Source: Candidatus Micrarchaeota archaeon (GTDB lineage: Archaea; Micrarchaeota; Micrarchaeia; Micrarchaeales; CABMGC01). From it: 64,000 nt of DNA. The stretch lies in NCBI GenBank assembly GCA_021850805.1, contig JAJZKO010000001.1, positions 45,885-109,884 of the forward strand, written 5' to 3'. Below are positions 30,427 through 40,370 of this stretch, piece after piece. The first letter of the stretch is position 1, and the number at the start of each line of letters is the position of its first letter. Both the position numbers and the translations under genes were made by a program. Under the pieces are notes generated by a model that made no database searches, was not told where the DNA came from, and was given only the letters and a program-made list of their open reading frames with translations.

Positions 30427-30973
30427 CTATTTTCTTCTGGAGCTTCATCAACGCATCGAATAAGTTTTCAGGCCGCGGAGGGCATCCTGCGACATAGACG
30501 TCTACCGGGAGTACCTGGTCTATTCCGCGTATTATGTTGTAGCTCTCAAACCATGGGCCGCCGCATGTCGCACACTCTCCGAACGATACTATATAACGCG
30601 GCCTAGCCATCTGCTCGTAGAGGCGCTTTATCTCAGGAATCATGGACTTGGTAACCCAGCCGGCTATTATCATAACATCGCACTGCCTTGGAGTGGACCT
30701 GAAGAGGAGGAACCCCTTCCTCTCCGCGTCAATCCTGGGCGATCCGAAACTCATCAGCTCTATGGCGCAGCATGCAAGCCCAAACTGGAGGGGCCATACG
30801 GAATTGGATCTTGACCAGTTTATCAGCCCTTTTGAGAATGCACCGGATATGTCAGAAAGCTTTGCGAAGATGGCATTTGGTTTTACTTCATAGTTTTTCA
30901 TCGACTGTGCTACAAGCTCGTTCATCTCGCTTCTCGCGTCGGTTACTCGATTCTCTTTTTCCCAGTCATCCAT
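30407..30973 (-). CDS. nuoB: NADH-quinone oxidoreductase-like subunit B
   Basis: GLACCAIE, GECATCGG, VAGCPPRPE. Confidence 0.93.
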   Translation of the reverse strand: MDDWEKENRVTDARSEMNELVAQSMKNYEVKPNAIFAKLSDISGAFSKGLINWSRSNSVWPLQFGLACCAIELMSFGSPRIDAERKGFLLFRSTPRQCDVMIIAGWVTKSMIPEIKRLYEQMARPRYIVSFGECATCGGPWFESYNIIRGIDQVLPVDVYVAGCPPRPENLFDALMKLQKKIGGKIED

Positions 30974-31325
30974 TGGAATCAGCCACAGCCAGTTTGGAGA
31001 CAAAAAGCTCCATTACAAACCCGAAGACTGCAAGGGACAATACCACTGCTCCCGCTTCCCTTGCCAATTCGCCAGAGGATGCAGCCCATATGAGCACTAT
31101 TGCAACTATTATCTCATAGGCAAGAAACATTGAAAAGTAGTGGAAGTATTCGTTCATTATGCTTATCCTTGCGCCGGTGCTGTCTTCAGCGCTTTCGTAG
31201 TTTGAGTTCTCTACCGGGCCCCTTACACTCCTCTTCCTTATCATAATAGAGGTGAGTATCATAGAAAATGGCATAAACAGGGATAGGGCCATGAATATTA
31301 TTATTGCGATATATCCGGATGCCAT
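30966..31325 (-). CDS. nuoA: NADH-quinone oxidoreductase-like subunit A
   Basis: 3 TM, YES loop, FLAYE; first gene of the operon. Confidence 0.82.
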   Translation of the reverse strand: MASGYIAIIIFMALSLFMPFSMILTSIMIRKRSVRGPVENSNYESAEDSTGARISIMNEYFHYFSMFLAYEIIVAIVLIWAASSGELAREAGAVVLSLAVFGFVMELFVSKLAVADSNG

Positions 31326-31396
31326 GATAATTTATGAATGGATAGTTTAATATTAATTAGCAGATTATTTGATGCTGTTGAGTTTACGATGGTGTT

Positions 31397-31738
31397 TTGG
31401 TGGATATAGATAGGTTTGTTGAAGAGACGAGAAAGACATGGAATGCCGAATATGAAGGGGAGTTTGGCCATAAGGATGTAGAGCTGCTTTATGCTGCTGC
31501 GGCGCTTGGCGGCGAGGCTGGAGAGCTGCAGAACATGATAAAGAAGATCTTCAGGTACAAGTACTATACGAAAGGCCACAAGCCTGATGACTTATACAAA
31601 GACCTCCCGCAGGAGATAGCGGATGTCCTTTACTACCTATGCCGCATAGCCGATGTGCTTGAGATAGACATAAGCAAGGCTTTCGAGGAGAAGATGCGCG
31701 TAAACCGGGAGAGGTACGTATCCTCTGGAAAGGCCTGA
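31397..31738 (+). CDS. MazG-like nucleotide pyrophosphohydrolase
   Basis: GEAGEL...EIADVLYY motif. Confidence 0.85.
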   Translation: MVDIDRFVEETRKTWNAEYEGEFGHKDVELLYAAAALGGEAGELQNMIKKIFRYKYYTKGHKPDDLYKDLPQEIADVLYYLCRIADVLEIDISKAFEEKMRVNRERYVSSGKA

Positions 31739-31748
31739 TCTGCCAGGT

Positions 31749-33077
31749 TCAGACGCCGCGCAAGGATTTGTCCGCATTGCTTATTGCATCTTCCAGTATA
31801 TCGAGCCCTTTCCTTAGGCTCTCGAAGCTTATCTCAAGCGGAGGTATTATCCTTATCGATGATGCGCCTGCGGGAAGGAGCACCAAGTTATTGCTGAAGC
31901 ACTCTTTTAGGACCTTCTCCTGTTCCTCTTCGGCCGGTTCCTTTGACTTCTTGTCCTTCACCAGTTCCACCCCTATCATCATACCTATGCCCCTCACATC
32001 ACCCACTATCTCATACTCATCCTTCATCCTGTTTAGCCTTGAAAGCATCAGCCTTGATCTTGATTCTATGCCGCGCTCTATCCTGCGCCAGTTCCTTTTT
32101 GCGTAGGAAAGGGAAGCCCTGGCTGCAGCGACAGCTGCAAGGTTGCCCCCAAATGTGTTGGAGTGGGCGCCATAAGGTATATCCCCAAGCGCTCTTCTAG
32201 TCACCGTAACGCCCATCGGCAGCCCTCCGCCGACAGCCTTTGCCATTGAGTATATGTCAGGCTCAACGCCGAAGTTGCTTATCGCGGTGAACTTCCCCGT
32301 TCTGAAATAGCCCGCCTGCACCTCATCGTCTATCAGCACTATCCCGTTGTCATCTGCAAGCTTCCTGATCTCCTTTACAAAATCCTTTGGAGGAACTATG
32401 TATCCGCCTTCGCCCTGTATAGGCTCCATTATTATTGCGGCTATCTCGTCAGGAGGAACCTCCCTGCTTAATGGATACTTTTTTATATAGTCTACGCATG
32501 CCAGCCCGCATGAGGGATATTCCTTCCCGAACGGGCACCTGTAGCAGTATGCGTATGGGGCGTGGAACGATGCATTGAAGGGCCCGAAGCTGCGGCGCTG
32601 CACAGCCTTTGAGGATGTCAGGCCTAGAGAGCCCATGGTGCGCCCGTGGAAAGAGTTGTAAAACGCCATTATGTACTGCCGCTTTGTGAAGAGTTTGGAG
32701 AACTTTACCGCCGCTTCGTTCGCTTCCGTGCCGGAATTCGAGAAGAAAAACCTGCCGAAGCCTCTTGGCAAAAGCTTTAGCATCTCCTCTGCGAGTAGGA
32801 CCTGTTCTTCGGAATAGAAGTCAGTTGATGCGGCATGCGTAAGCTTGCTTACCTGGTCTTTTATGGCCTTGCGTATTTCTTTGTTTCCGCCCACGCCGAA
32901 ATTATAAACAGATATGAATGAGGAGAAGTCTATGAACTTATTGCCATCTATGTCATATATGAACTCGCCTTCGCCGTGTGACGGAACAAAACTGTATGCC
33001 TCTTTTGTCGAGGTTAGCATTATCTTCTTGTCCCTCGCTATTATCGACCTTATGCGCTGCGACTCCCTGAATGACAC
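31749..33077 (-). CDS. Class III PLP aminotransferase (ornithine/4-aminobutyrate type)
   Basis: NSGTEANE, FHGRT, EPIQGEGG, DEVQAG, AKAVGGG, TFGGN. Confidence 0.92.
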   Translation of the reverse strand: MSFRESQRIRSIIARDKKIMLTSTKEAYSFVPSHGEGEFIYDIDGNKFIDFSSFISVYNFGVGGNKEIRKAIKDQVSKLTHAASTDFYSEEQVLLAEEMLKLLPRGFGRFFFSNSGTEANEAAVKFSKLFTKRQYIMAFYNSFHGRTMGSLGLTSSKAVQRRSFGPFNASFHAPYAYCYRCPFGKEYPSCGLACVDYIKKYPLSREVPPDEIAAIIMEPIQGEGGYIVPPKDFVKEIRKLADDNGIVLIDDEVQAGYFRTGKFTAISNFGVEPDIYSMAKAVGGGLPMGVTVTRRALGDIPYGAHSNTFGGNLAAVAAARASLSYAKRNWRRIERGIESRSRLMLSRLNRMKDEYEIVGDVRGIGMMIGVELVKDKKSKEPAEEEQEKVLKECFSNNLVLLPAGASSIRIIPPLEISFESLRKGLDILEDAISNADKSLRGV

Positions 33078-33164
33078 ATTACCACCATATATGGTATTGA
33101 TTTGAATGTTTAAATAACAGAATGTATTAAGGGCAGTAAGTCAGGTATTAATCATCTGCGGCAG

Positions 33165-33788
33165 ATGATTGTTATGGAGCTTCGTGAGAGACTTGAAGAC
33201 GGGATAAACGTAGCGCTTCATCCGGAGAAGGCGACATCGGTAAAGAGGGGTGTTTTTGATGCGCTTGAGTTTTATTATTATGCAAGTGTGGTTCCCATGA
33301 TTGCAGGCGCAGCTGCCGTTGTCTTGCTTGGTGCTGCTATATTCGGGTTCTCTTACTTCTTCTTCAGCTCAATGCCTTTTTATAGCATCATTGCTGGAGC
33401 CGGGATCGCTGTTTTTGTACTTGCGCTCCTCGCTCTCTTTGTTGCCTACATGTGGATACTGGTACCTCTCTCCTTCTTCATTAATGCGGCAATCTTCCAG
33501 TTTTTCGGCAGATACGTATTCAGGCAGTTTAAAAGGGAGTATTCACGCACCTACTCCGCAGTAGTATATGGGAGCATGCCTCAGACCCTGCTCGTCTTCC
33601 TCCTTGGCGTTCCGTTCGTAAACCTTATAGTCTGGTTATGGGGCTTTGTCATATTGATAGTTGCACTCTCCAATCAGCAGAAAGTATCCAAGGCGAGGGC
33701 ATTCGCAGTTGTGATATGTTCTGGTGTGCTTCTGGTATTAATCGCATTGGTATTTGCTCATCTTCTGCATCCTGTAAGGCTGCATTAG
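33165..33788 (+). CDS. Yip1-like membrane protein
   Basis: HP...TM bundle, VVYGSMP, C-terminal SKARAF segment. Confidence 0.65.
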   Translation: MIVMELRERLEDGINVALHPEKATSVKRGVFDALEFYYYASVVPMIAGAAAVVLLGAAIFGFSYFFFSSMPFYSIIAGAGIAVFVLALLALFVAYMWILVPLSFFINAAIFQFFGRYVFRQFKREYSRTYSAVVYGSMPQTLLVFLLGVPFVNLIVWLWGFVILIVALSNQQKVSKARAFAVVICSGVLLVLIALVFAHLLHPVRLH

Positions 33789-33862
33789 AGTAGCCACCTT
33801 TGGAGTGGCTTGAGGAAGAGAATGGCCTGCCATAGTTTGGGAAGAATGACAGGCCCTAGTTT

Positions 33863-34420
33863 TTATACCCTCTGTGGGGGAGAGATGATCATTGTGTTAG
33901 TCGCCTTGCCAGCATCAAGTCTGTAGTAAACTTTGTGACCTAGTTGGAATCTTTCAAGCAACCCTGCTTTGTGCAGCCTGTTTAGCCTTGTGCATGCGGC
34001 GTTTGTGCCCCTGTATCCCATGAACTCTTTTACATCATCTGCCGAGACCATGTCGTTCGTCTGAACGAAATTTATGATCTTGGAGTCTATCTCCGAGATG
34101 GCTATCTCGCTTATCTGCCTGAACTCACCCTGCTGCCTTGGGGCTTGTGCATCGTTTCCGTTCATGCTCTTGAGCTGTTCGGCCTCTGCCTGCTGCATTT
34201 GCTTTATCTTTGAAGTAAGATCCTCAAGCATGGAGTTTGTCTTCTGCCGCTCCTCCATGAGATATTTGAACATTGCCATTATGTCATCGTCGGATATCTG
34301 CTTCCTTTCCTCCTTGACAGTGGTATCCTCGGTTTGCAGCTCACGGAGCTCCACCTGCAGTCTAAGGAGCTCTTCCTTTATCTGTTTTAACCTGTCTTCG
34401 TGAGACATACGCAACCCCAT
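33863..34420 (-). CDS. Coiled-coil protein with C-terminal winged HTH
   Basis: N-terminal heptads; ADDVKEFMGY...ACTRLNRLHKAGLLER...VYYRL. Confidence 0.7.
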   Translation of the reverse strand: MGLRMSHEDRLKQIKEELLRLQVELRELQTEDTTVKEERKQISDDDIMAMFKYLMEERQKTNSMLEDLTSKIKQMQQAEAEQLKSMNGNDAQAPRQQGEFRQISEIAISEIDSKIINFVQTNDMVSADDVKEFMGYRGTNAACTRLNRLHKAGLLERFQLGHKVYYRLDAGKATNTMIISPPQRV

Positions 34421-34619
34421 CGTGATTCTTTCCCGGATAAATCATGAAACATTCATGACTGAATCATATCTATGAAGTATAAGGTATTTAAAGCTTAGTG
34501 ATAAGTTCCGCTATTTTAGCATCATGCGGAGTTTTTCAGGAATAGTTGATGTCTTCTACACTTACTATACTTAAAAATGCTTTTAAAGCCTTCGTTTAAT
34601 AATAGAGTGTTGTGCTTGC

Positions 34620-35132
34620 ATGCAACGGATACTTATACCTAGGCAGAGAGCCATGCTACTCGATAAGAAGAAGGTGGAAGAGCTCGAGGCTGCGCTCAGA
34701 TGCAGGATAGAGGTAGAGGACGGAAATGACATCCTTATTGACGGGGACGGATACTGGGAGTATGTTGCAAGGAATGTACTCATGGCCTATGGCCGCGGAT
34801 TCAGCATGGCAGAGGCGATGAAGCTCTTAACGGAGAGTTATTTTTTCAAGTACCTTAGCCTCAAAGATGCATTGTCCAATGATAAGCAGATGCGCAGGAT
34901 AAAGGCAAGGATAATAGGAAGCAATGGCAAGACAAAGAAGCGTATAGAGGAATTCAGCGGAGCTGTGCTCTCCGTATATGGAAACGGTGTTGGTATAATA
35001 GGAACTGAGGATGAAATAGAGATTGCCATGGCCGCATTGCGCATACTTGTAGGAGGGGGTATGCACAGCAACGCCTACAGGGCGATGGAACTTGAGAAAA
35101 AGAAGAAAACGTCTTCGCACTTTGGTGTATGA
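34620..35132 (+). CDS. dim2: KH-domain pre-rRNA processing protein Dim2/Pno1
   Basis: GRGF, ARIIGSNGKTK KH motif, GGMHSNAY; upstream of top6B. Confidence 0.88.
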   Translation: MQRILIPRQRAMLLDKKKVEELEAALRCRIEVEDGNDILIDGDGYWEYVARNVLMAYGRGFSMAEAMKLLTESYFFKYLSLKDALSNDKQMRRIKARIIGSNGKTKKRIEEFSGAVLSVYGNGVGIIGTEDEIEIAMAALRILVGGGMHSNAYRAMELEKKKKTSSHFGV

Positions 35133-35133
35133 A

Positions 35134-36747
35134 ATGAACGCCGATGAGATATTCAAGGAATTCAAGGAGCAGTCCGTATCGGAATTTTTCAGAAAGAACA
35201 GCCAGATGCTCGGGTACTCTGGCAAGGTGAGATCCCTTACTACGGCCGTTCATGAATATGTGACCAACTCCCTGGATGCATGCGAAGAGGCAGGAGTCCT
35301 TCCTGACATAATGGTAAAGGTAACACAGGTCGATGAGGCAAAGTATACAGTCACTGTGCGCGACAATGGGCCAGGCATACCGGAAAAGCTTGTAGGAAGC
35401 GCGCTCGCGAAGGTCCTTTCAGGGACAAAATTCCATAGGTATATACAGCAGAGGGGGCAGCAGGGAATAGGCGCTGCAGGATGTACCTTATTCTCTAGAA
35501 TGACCACTGGTAAGCCAATACACGTACACTCCGGAACTGAGAGGCAATCTTATACCTGCGATGTTACAATAGAGATAAAGACCAATAAGCCCATAGTCGA
35601 AAACCTCGAGAAGCTCAGCGATGGATTCAGGGGCTTGGAGATAACAGCAGAATTGGGTGAGGTAAAATATGAGAAGAGCGACCACGGAGTATATGAGTAC
35701 ATAAAGAGAACCGCGCTCTCGAACCCGCACATATCCATAACACTCGTAGAGCCTGATGGAAAAGAGGCATTCTTCCCAAGATCCTATGAGGAGATACCTA
35801 AGAGACCGAAACAGATAAAACCGCATCCGCTCGGGGTACAGGTTAATGACATAGTGGATTTCGCACATTTCAGCGTCGAGCGCACAGTTGCATCTTTTCT
35901 TAGCGAGACATTCGCCAGGGTTACCAGATCCAAGGTAGAGGAGCTTGGGCAGCTGGTTCCGGGGATAGACCTCAAGAAGAGCCCGAAGGATCTTTCATGG
36001 GCTGAGGCTGAAGAGATAGTGAAGGCGTTCGGAAAGATAAAGTGGATGGCTCCTGAATTGGATTCGCTCTCCACGATAGGAAGGGCGCAGATAGAAGCGA
36101 CCATAAAGAATATACTGAACCCCACCTTTGTAGCTGTTGTCGAACGGCGCCCGTCTGTTTTCAGGGGAGGAATACCCTTCGTGGTTGAGGCGGGAATAGC
36201 TTATGGAGGAGATGCTGGAAAAGCATCGGAGGAAGGGATGCACAGTTCTGTGATAAGGTTTGCCAACAAAGTGCCATTGCTCTTTGACGGATCGGCATGT
36301 GCAATTACCGAAGCAGTCAACACTATACAATGGAGAAGATATGGGATATCTGATTTTGAGGAGCAGCCCCTCAGTGTGATGGTGAACGTCTCAAGTGTAT
36401 ACATACCTTATTCAGGCGTGGGAAAGCAGGCAATATCGCATGAAGATGAGATAATAGGGGAGATACGCCTGGCTCTTATGGCTTGCGCTAAGGACATAGA
36501 GAGATATGTGCGCGGGGAAAGGGCCAAATCGCTACAGGAATCAAGGTACAATATGATAATGCGCTATGTAGGTCAGCTTGCTTCGGACATATCGGAAATG
36601 TCAGGCAAGGACAGAGGGGAGATAGAGATGTCGCTTAGGAGACTTATAGACACTAAGTACAGTAGGCTATTTGAGGCAAATGCGGAACAGGATGAAGCGG
36701 CAGACGGCAGTGAAGGCAGTGCCGCAGAAGAAGCGCAGGATGAGTAA
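35134..36747 (+). CDS. top6B: DNA topoisomerase VI subunit B
   Basis: EYVTNSLDA, DNGPGI, RGQQGIG, RFANKVPL. Confidence 0.95.
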   Translation: MNADEIFKEFKEQSVSEFFRKNSQMLGYSGKVRSLTTAVHEYVTNSLDACEEAGVLPDIMVKVTQVDEAKYTVTVRDNGPGIPEKLVGSALAKVLSGTKFHRYIQQRGQQGIGAAGCTLFSRMTTGKPIHVHSGTERQSYTCDVTIEIKTNKPIVENLEKLSDGFRGLEITAELGEVKYEKSDHGVYEYIKRTALSNPHISITLVEPDGKEAFFPRSYEEIPKRPKQIKPHPLGVQVNDIVDFAHFSVERTVASFLSETFARVTRSKVEELGQLVPGIDLKKSPKDLSWAEAEEIVKAFGKIKWMAPELDSLSTIGRAQIEATIKNILNPTFVAVVERRPSVFRGGIPFVVEAGIAYGGDAGKASEEGMHSSVIRFANKVPLLFDGSACAITEAVNTIQWRRYGISDFEEQPLSVMVNVSSVYIPYSGVGKQAISHEDEIIGEIRLALMACAKDIERYVRGERAKSLQESRYNMIMRYVGQLASDISEMSGKDRGEIEMSLRRLIDTKYSRLFEANAEQDEAADGSEGSAAEEAQDE

Positions 36748-36829
36748 AGCATTATCGTTGCCTAATTCAAGGAGCACAGGTGCATGAGATTACATTTATT
36801 AATTTGCAGAAGCATATTTTTTAGGTTGT

Positions 36830-37723
36830 ATGCAGGTGGGGATCCGTGCACAGTCGGCAATGGAGTACCTGATGACATACGGATGGGCGATACTGATTAT
36901 CGCGGTGGTTCTCGGCGCGCTCTTCGAGCTCGGCGTCTTCAGCGGAACATTCTTCATGCCCCATGTACCTCCAGGATCGTGCCATGTCTTCAGGCCTTAC
37001 GGGCCTGGGACCGTCGGCTCAATAAACCTGGAGGGAGAGTGCCAGGGCGCGCTGCCGCAGTATGTAGCTGAATTCAATGGGAAGAGCAGCAGCATCTCAA
37101 CGCCGTTAGTTTTTCCACCCGGATCTTCCGAAACAAATTTTACGCTAGCAGTATGGGTTTATACGACAGGGGTATGTAGTACGGGCAACTTTTATTGTGG
37201 GATAGTTGATGCGGATAATGGAGGCAATGGATGGGGACTTATGAGCGGTCAGACAACTTCAGATTTTTGGATCCTTAAGAGCTCTACGTCAGGAGTGCAG
37301 GATATGGAGTTTAGCATCTTGCACTCTTCTTGGACACAAGTTGTGGTTACGTATGAAGTAAAGAATGGGAATTACCTTGCCAGCGCATATGTTAATGGTG
37401 CTTTGGTTGATACAGCGACAAGATCGGCCGTATCTTTGCCTGAACCGTACCCGCTTCAGATAGGCATTGCAAGGGAATCCTCTGGCATGGTCTTCAATGG
37501 ATCAATTTCCAATGTGCAATTATACAACGCAACGCTCTCCTCAAATTCCGTATCTTCCTTGTATGGAGAGGGTATAGGCGGCGCGCCAATAAACCTGAAG
37601 AACCTTGTTGCGTGGTGGCCACTGAACGGGAACGCTAACGATTATTCTGGGAATAACAACGATGGGACTGCGGCAAATGTAGTATATACCACCAACTGGG
37701 AGAACGGGTATACGCAGCCTTGA
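36830..37723 (+). CDS. Class III signal-peptide surface protein with LamG/concanavalin-like domain
   Basis: RA/QSAMEYL signal; FTLAVWV, WTQVVVTY, YVNG, FNGSISNVQLYN, WWPLNGNANDYSG. Confidence 0.85.
   Translation: MQVGIRAQSAMEYLMTYGWAILIIAVVLGALFELGVFSGTFFMPHVPPGSCHVFRPYGPGTVGSINLEGECQGALPQYVAEFNGKSSSISTPLVFPPGSSETNFTLAVWVYTTGVCSTGNFYCGIVDADNGGNGWGLMSGQTTSDFWILKSSTSGVQDMEFSILHSSWTQVVVTYEVKNGNYLASAYVNGALVDTATRSAVSLPEPYPLQIGIARESSGMVFNGSISNVQLYNATLSSNSVSSLYGEGIGGAPINLKNLVAWWPLNGNANDYSGNNNDGTAANVVYTTNWENGYTQP
36860..36967 (+). repeat. Dispersed repeat copy 2 (pilin N-terminal coding segment)
   Basis: Matches 7878..7985. Confidence 0.9.
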
Positions 37724-37821
37724 CGCATTGTATCGCTGCGCTATGTTGGGCAGATTCTTCGTGAAAAACATCTGAGACAAGGACTCCGATGGTGGTGCAT
37801 CAGAATTGATTAGTGGTTAGA

Positions 37822-40191
37822 CTACAATACCAGCTCATCGGTATTGCTCGTATCTACGAGTTTCACGTATGAGTAGGCTATCGCAGCCTTTATTATCTCG
37901 GCACTGCTGTCGTAAGACGAGTAAAGCTTCCCAAGGAACTCTTCCTTAGCTTCCTCATTGAGGAAAGCTATAATTGTCTTCTGCCTGCTGCTTACAGCGA
38001 AAGGCCTTATGTATGATTTTTCTGAATATATCACCACATTGTACTGCACACCTGACTTTATTATCACAATGTCGGCTTTGTCGCTCTGGTCGAGTTCAGT
38101 GAAGAGCATGGCCCCTGCCACGCAGAAGTCCCTCAGCTTCCTGAATACAACTAGATATTCAATATCGTGCCTTGACTTCTCTTCCCAAGATACAGGCGCG
38201 AAGTAATCGTCCATTCCGATGACAAGGCCTGCGCTCTGGAGGGACATAAGCACAGTATAGGCATTCTGCTGGGTTATCGATATCGGGACATTGTCGTGTC
38301 TTACCCCGTTGCTTATCCCATACCTGAATTCCTCAGGTGTAAGAGGCATATACTTCCAGCGGTATCTTGCGTTTACCGAATCGAAGACATTTACAAGAGT
38401 CTGTGGCTGCTCCTTTATCCTGGCCTTCTTGGATGCCGTGAAATCAGGTAGGTCTATGTAGTAGTCGTCAGGAAGCTCTGGTCTTATCATTAGGTTCAGG
38501 AACACTACAACTATTATTGCTATTCCGAATTCTATGTAAAGCGTATTTCCTCCTGAGGTTGGCGAGCTATACTGGCTTATGTAAGTATATGTCTTCCCCA
38601 TTACCTCAAATGCGAATGTCTGATTGCCATGGCTGAGTATGGTGCCCTTTGGAAGGTCGTATGTTATTGTGCCATTCCTTATAGTCCCGTTCTGCTCGAA
38701 GAGATTGTTTAGGGAAACGGAGTATGGTACATTGTTCAAGGTTATGTTGTTGCTCTGCGTGAAGAAGGAGAATGTGGCATTCTTGAAGTCTATTGCCACT
38801 GGCGTTATTGTCGTGTTGTCCAGATAGGTTATCCCTGTTGCGTAGAGGTTGTTGTTGCCGTCAAGGAGCTCAATGAAATAGTAGCCAGGTACGAAGTTGA
38901 ATGCCTGGTCGATGCTTACTGCAAATGGTTTGTTGAAATCACCCACAAGCCCCGTCGATATCGGATCCATGCTAGTATTCAGGAGAACAGCCCTGAATGT
39001 ATTGTATGTGCCTGTCAGGTTGTACACGCTCAGATCTATCGGTATCGTCTGTGTCTCGCCTACAGAGGAAGACATCCTTACTTCTCCGTTGAAAGAGAAA
39101 TTCATCCTGAAGGGGATATTAAGTTCTGCGTATGTGCCATTGTTGTAAAGTCGTGCGGTAAGAATTGCGTATGAATTGTTGAGTTCGGATGTGGTGTTGT
39201 TTCCCAAAGCCACCTGCTTTTGGCTTGTTACTATTAGGTCAAGCTTCCTGCTGTTGTTAAGTATTGTCAGGTTTGAGTAACCTACAGCTATCTGGTCCAG
39301 CCAGTATCTTGTGTCTATCACATTCGCAATGTCCATTGCCATAGAAGACTGATTTTTCCATGCGGTCGAAGGGTAGTTGCTGAATGCGATTAGCGTGCCG
39401 TTTAGGGAGTTTTGCGTTGCTATGTCTCCGTAGAAGTAGCCATCCTGAAAGCCGAAGAGCGGCGAGTTGAATATTATGCTGTTGATTGGCTGCGCAGATG
39501 CATTGACCGATGAGGTATTCAGCTTGGCTAAGAGTATATCTTTTGCGACGCTCTGGTTGTTTATTACAGCTATGCCCCCAAAGGTCACCGATTCGGTAAA
39601 GTTATTGCCCATATATATTATGCTGTCGCCCCTGGAGAGCATGTTGAGTATCGTAAAGTTATTGCTGGCTGTGCTTGGGGTAAGAGGAAGGGGAAGCAGC
39701 CCTGATGGTATTATAACGATGGAATTCTCTGGTATCTGCCTTACATCGTTTATGTTTATGTAGCTGAACATGCTTGAGTTGCGAAGCAGATCGTGCGCCC
39801 GCAGGTCTGCGCTTATCTGGGAGTAGAGCGTCTGCTCGTTGAAAAAGCATTTGTAGCAGTAATTCTCGATATTTATAAGGTATATGGACGGCTCCGGCGG
39901 CTTCGTATATTCTGCAAGAGTTATGTTTGCATTTGATGCGTTTGCGAATGAGTAGTTGATCAGTGCAAACCCGTCGATGTACTTTGCGTTGTTTGAGAAG
40001 GCATAGCCCCGCGAGGATATGCCAAGCGTAGGCAGGATGGTTATGTTGATGTTTGCCTTCTGCTGGTGAAAACTCTGTGATATCACATTAACTGTTGCAG
40101 ACAGATAGAATAGCATTACGGCTATGAAAATTACTGCTACAAGGGCAACTACAAGGATCAGCTTGTTGTTCTTCTTTTTTACGGCTGGCAT
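37822..40191 (-). CDS. Large membrane-anchored glycoprotein (N-terminal TM, Asn-rich ectodomain, second TM, cytoplasmic tail)
   Basis: 789 aa, many N-x-S/T sequons; last gene of the ATPase operon. Confidence 0.75.
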   Translation of the reverse strand: MPAVKKKNNKLILVVALVAVIFIAVMLFYLSATVNVISQSFHQQKANINITILPTLGISSRGYAFSNNAKYIDGFALINYSFANASNANITLAEYTKPPEPSIYLINIENYCYKCFFNEQTLYSQISADLRAHDLLRNSSMFSYININDVRQIPENSIVIIPSGLLPLPLTPSTASNNFTILNMLSRGDSIIYMGNNFTESVTFGGIAVINNQSVAKDILLAKLNTSSVNASAQPINSIIFNSPLFGFQDGYFYGDIATQNSLNGTLIAFSNYPSTAWKNQSSMAMDIANVIDTRYWLDQIAVGYSNLTILNNSRKLDLIVTSQKQVALGNNTTSELNNSYAILTARLYNNGTYAELNIPFRMNFSFNGEVRMSSSVGETQTIPIDLSVYNLTGTYNTFRAVLLNTSMDPISTGLVGDFNKPFAVSIDQAFNFVPGYYFIELLDGNNNLYATGITYLDNTTITPVAIDFKNATFSFFTQSNNITLNNVPYSVSLNNLFEQNGTIRNGTITYDLPKGTILSHGNQTFAFEVMGKTYTYISQYSSPTSGGNTLYIEFGIAIIVVVFLNLMIRPELPDDYYIDLPDFTASKKARIKEQPQTLVNVFDSVNARYRWKYMPLTPEEFRYGISNGVRHDNVPISITQQNAYTVLMSLQSAGLVIGMDDYFAPVSWEEKSRHDIEYLVVFRKLRDFCVAGAMLFTELDQSDKADIVIIKSGVQYNVVIYSEKSYIRPFAVSSRQKTIIAFLNEEAKEEFLGKLYSSYDSSAEIIKAAIAYSYVKLVDTSNTDELVL

Positions 40192-40201
40192 AATTTACAC
40201 T

Positions 40202-40363
40202 TCATGTTGCCCCTTTCTTTGAGAATTTCTTGTCTATCCAATTCTGCAGAGCACCGGATATTTTTTTGGATATGTCGTTCGTCTCCCCGGCCTTCTTTAT
40301 TATCCTGTATACCTTGACATACGCAAACTTCCTGTTTATCGTCACATAATATTTTCCAGGCAT
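40202..40363 (-). CDS. Small basic hypothetical protein (53 aa)
   Basis: MPGKYYVTINRKFAYVKVYRIIKKAGETNDISKKISGALQNWIDKKFSKKGAT*; fills the operon gap with 7 and 10 nt spacers. Confidence 0.6.
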   Translation of the reverse strand: MPGKYYVTINRKFAYVKVYRIIKKAGETNDISKKISGALQNWIDKKFSKKGAT

Positions 40364-40370
40364 TTGCACT

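Noticed and set aside
33792..33810. Hairpin AGCCAC-N7-GTGGCT between convergent genes
   Set aside because: A 6-bp stem is within chance expectation; not called as a terminator
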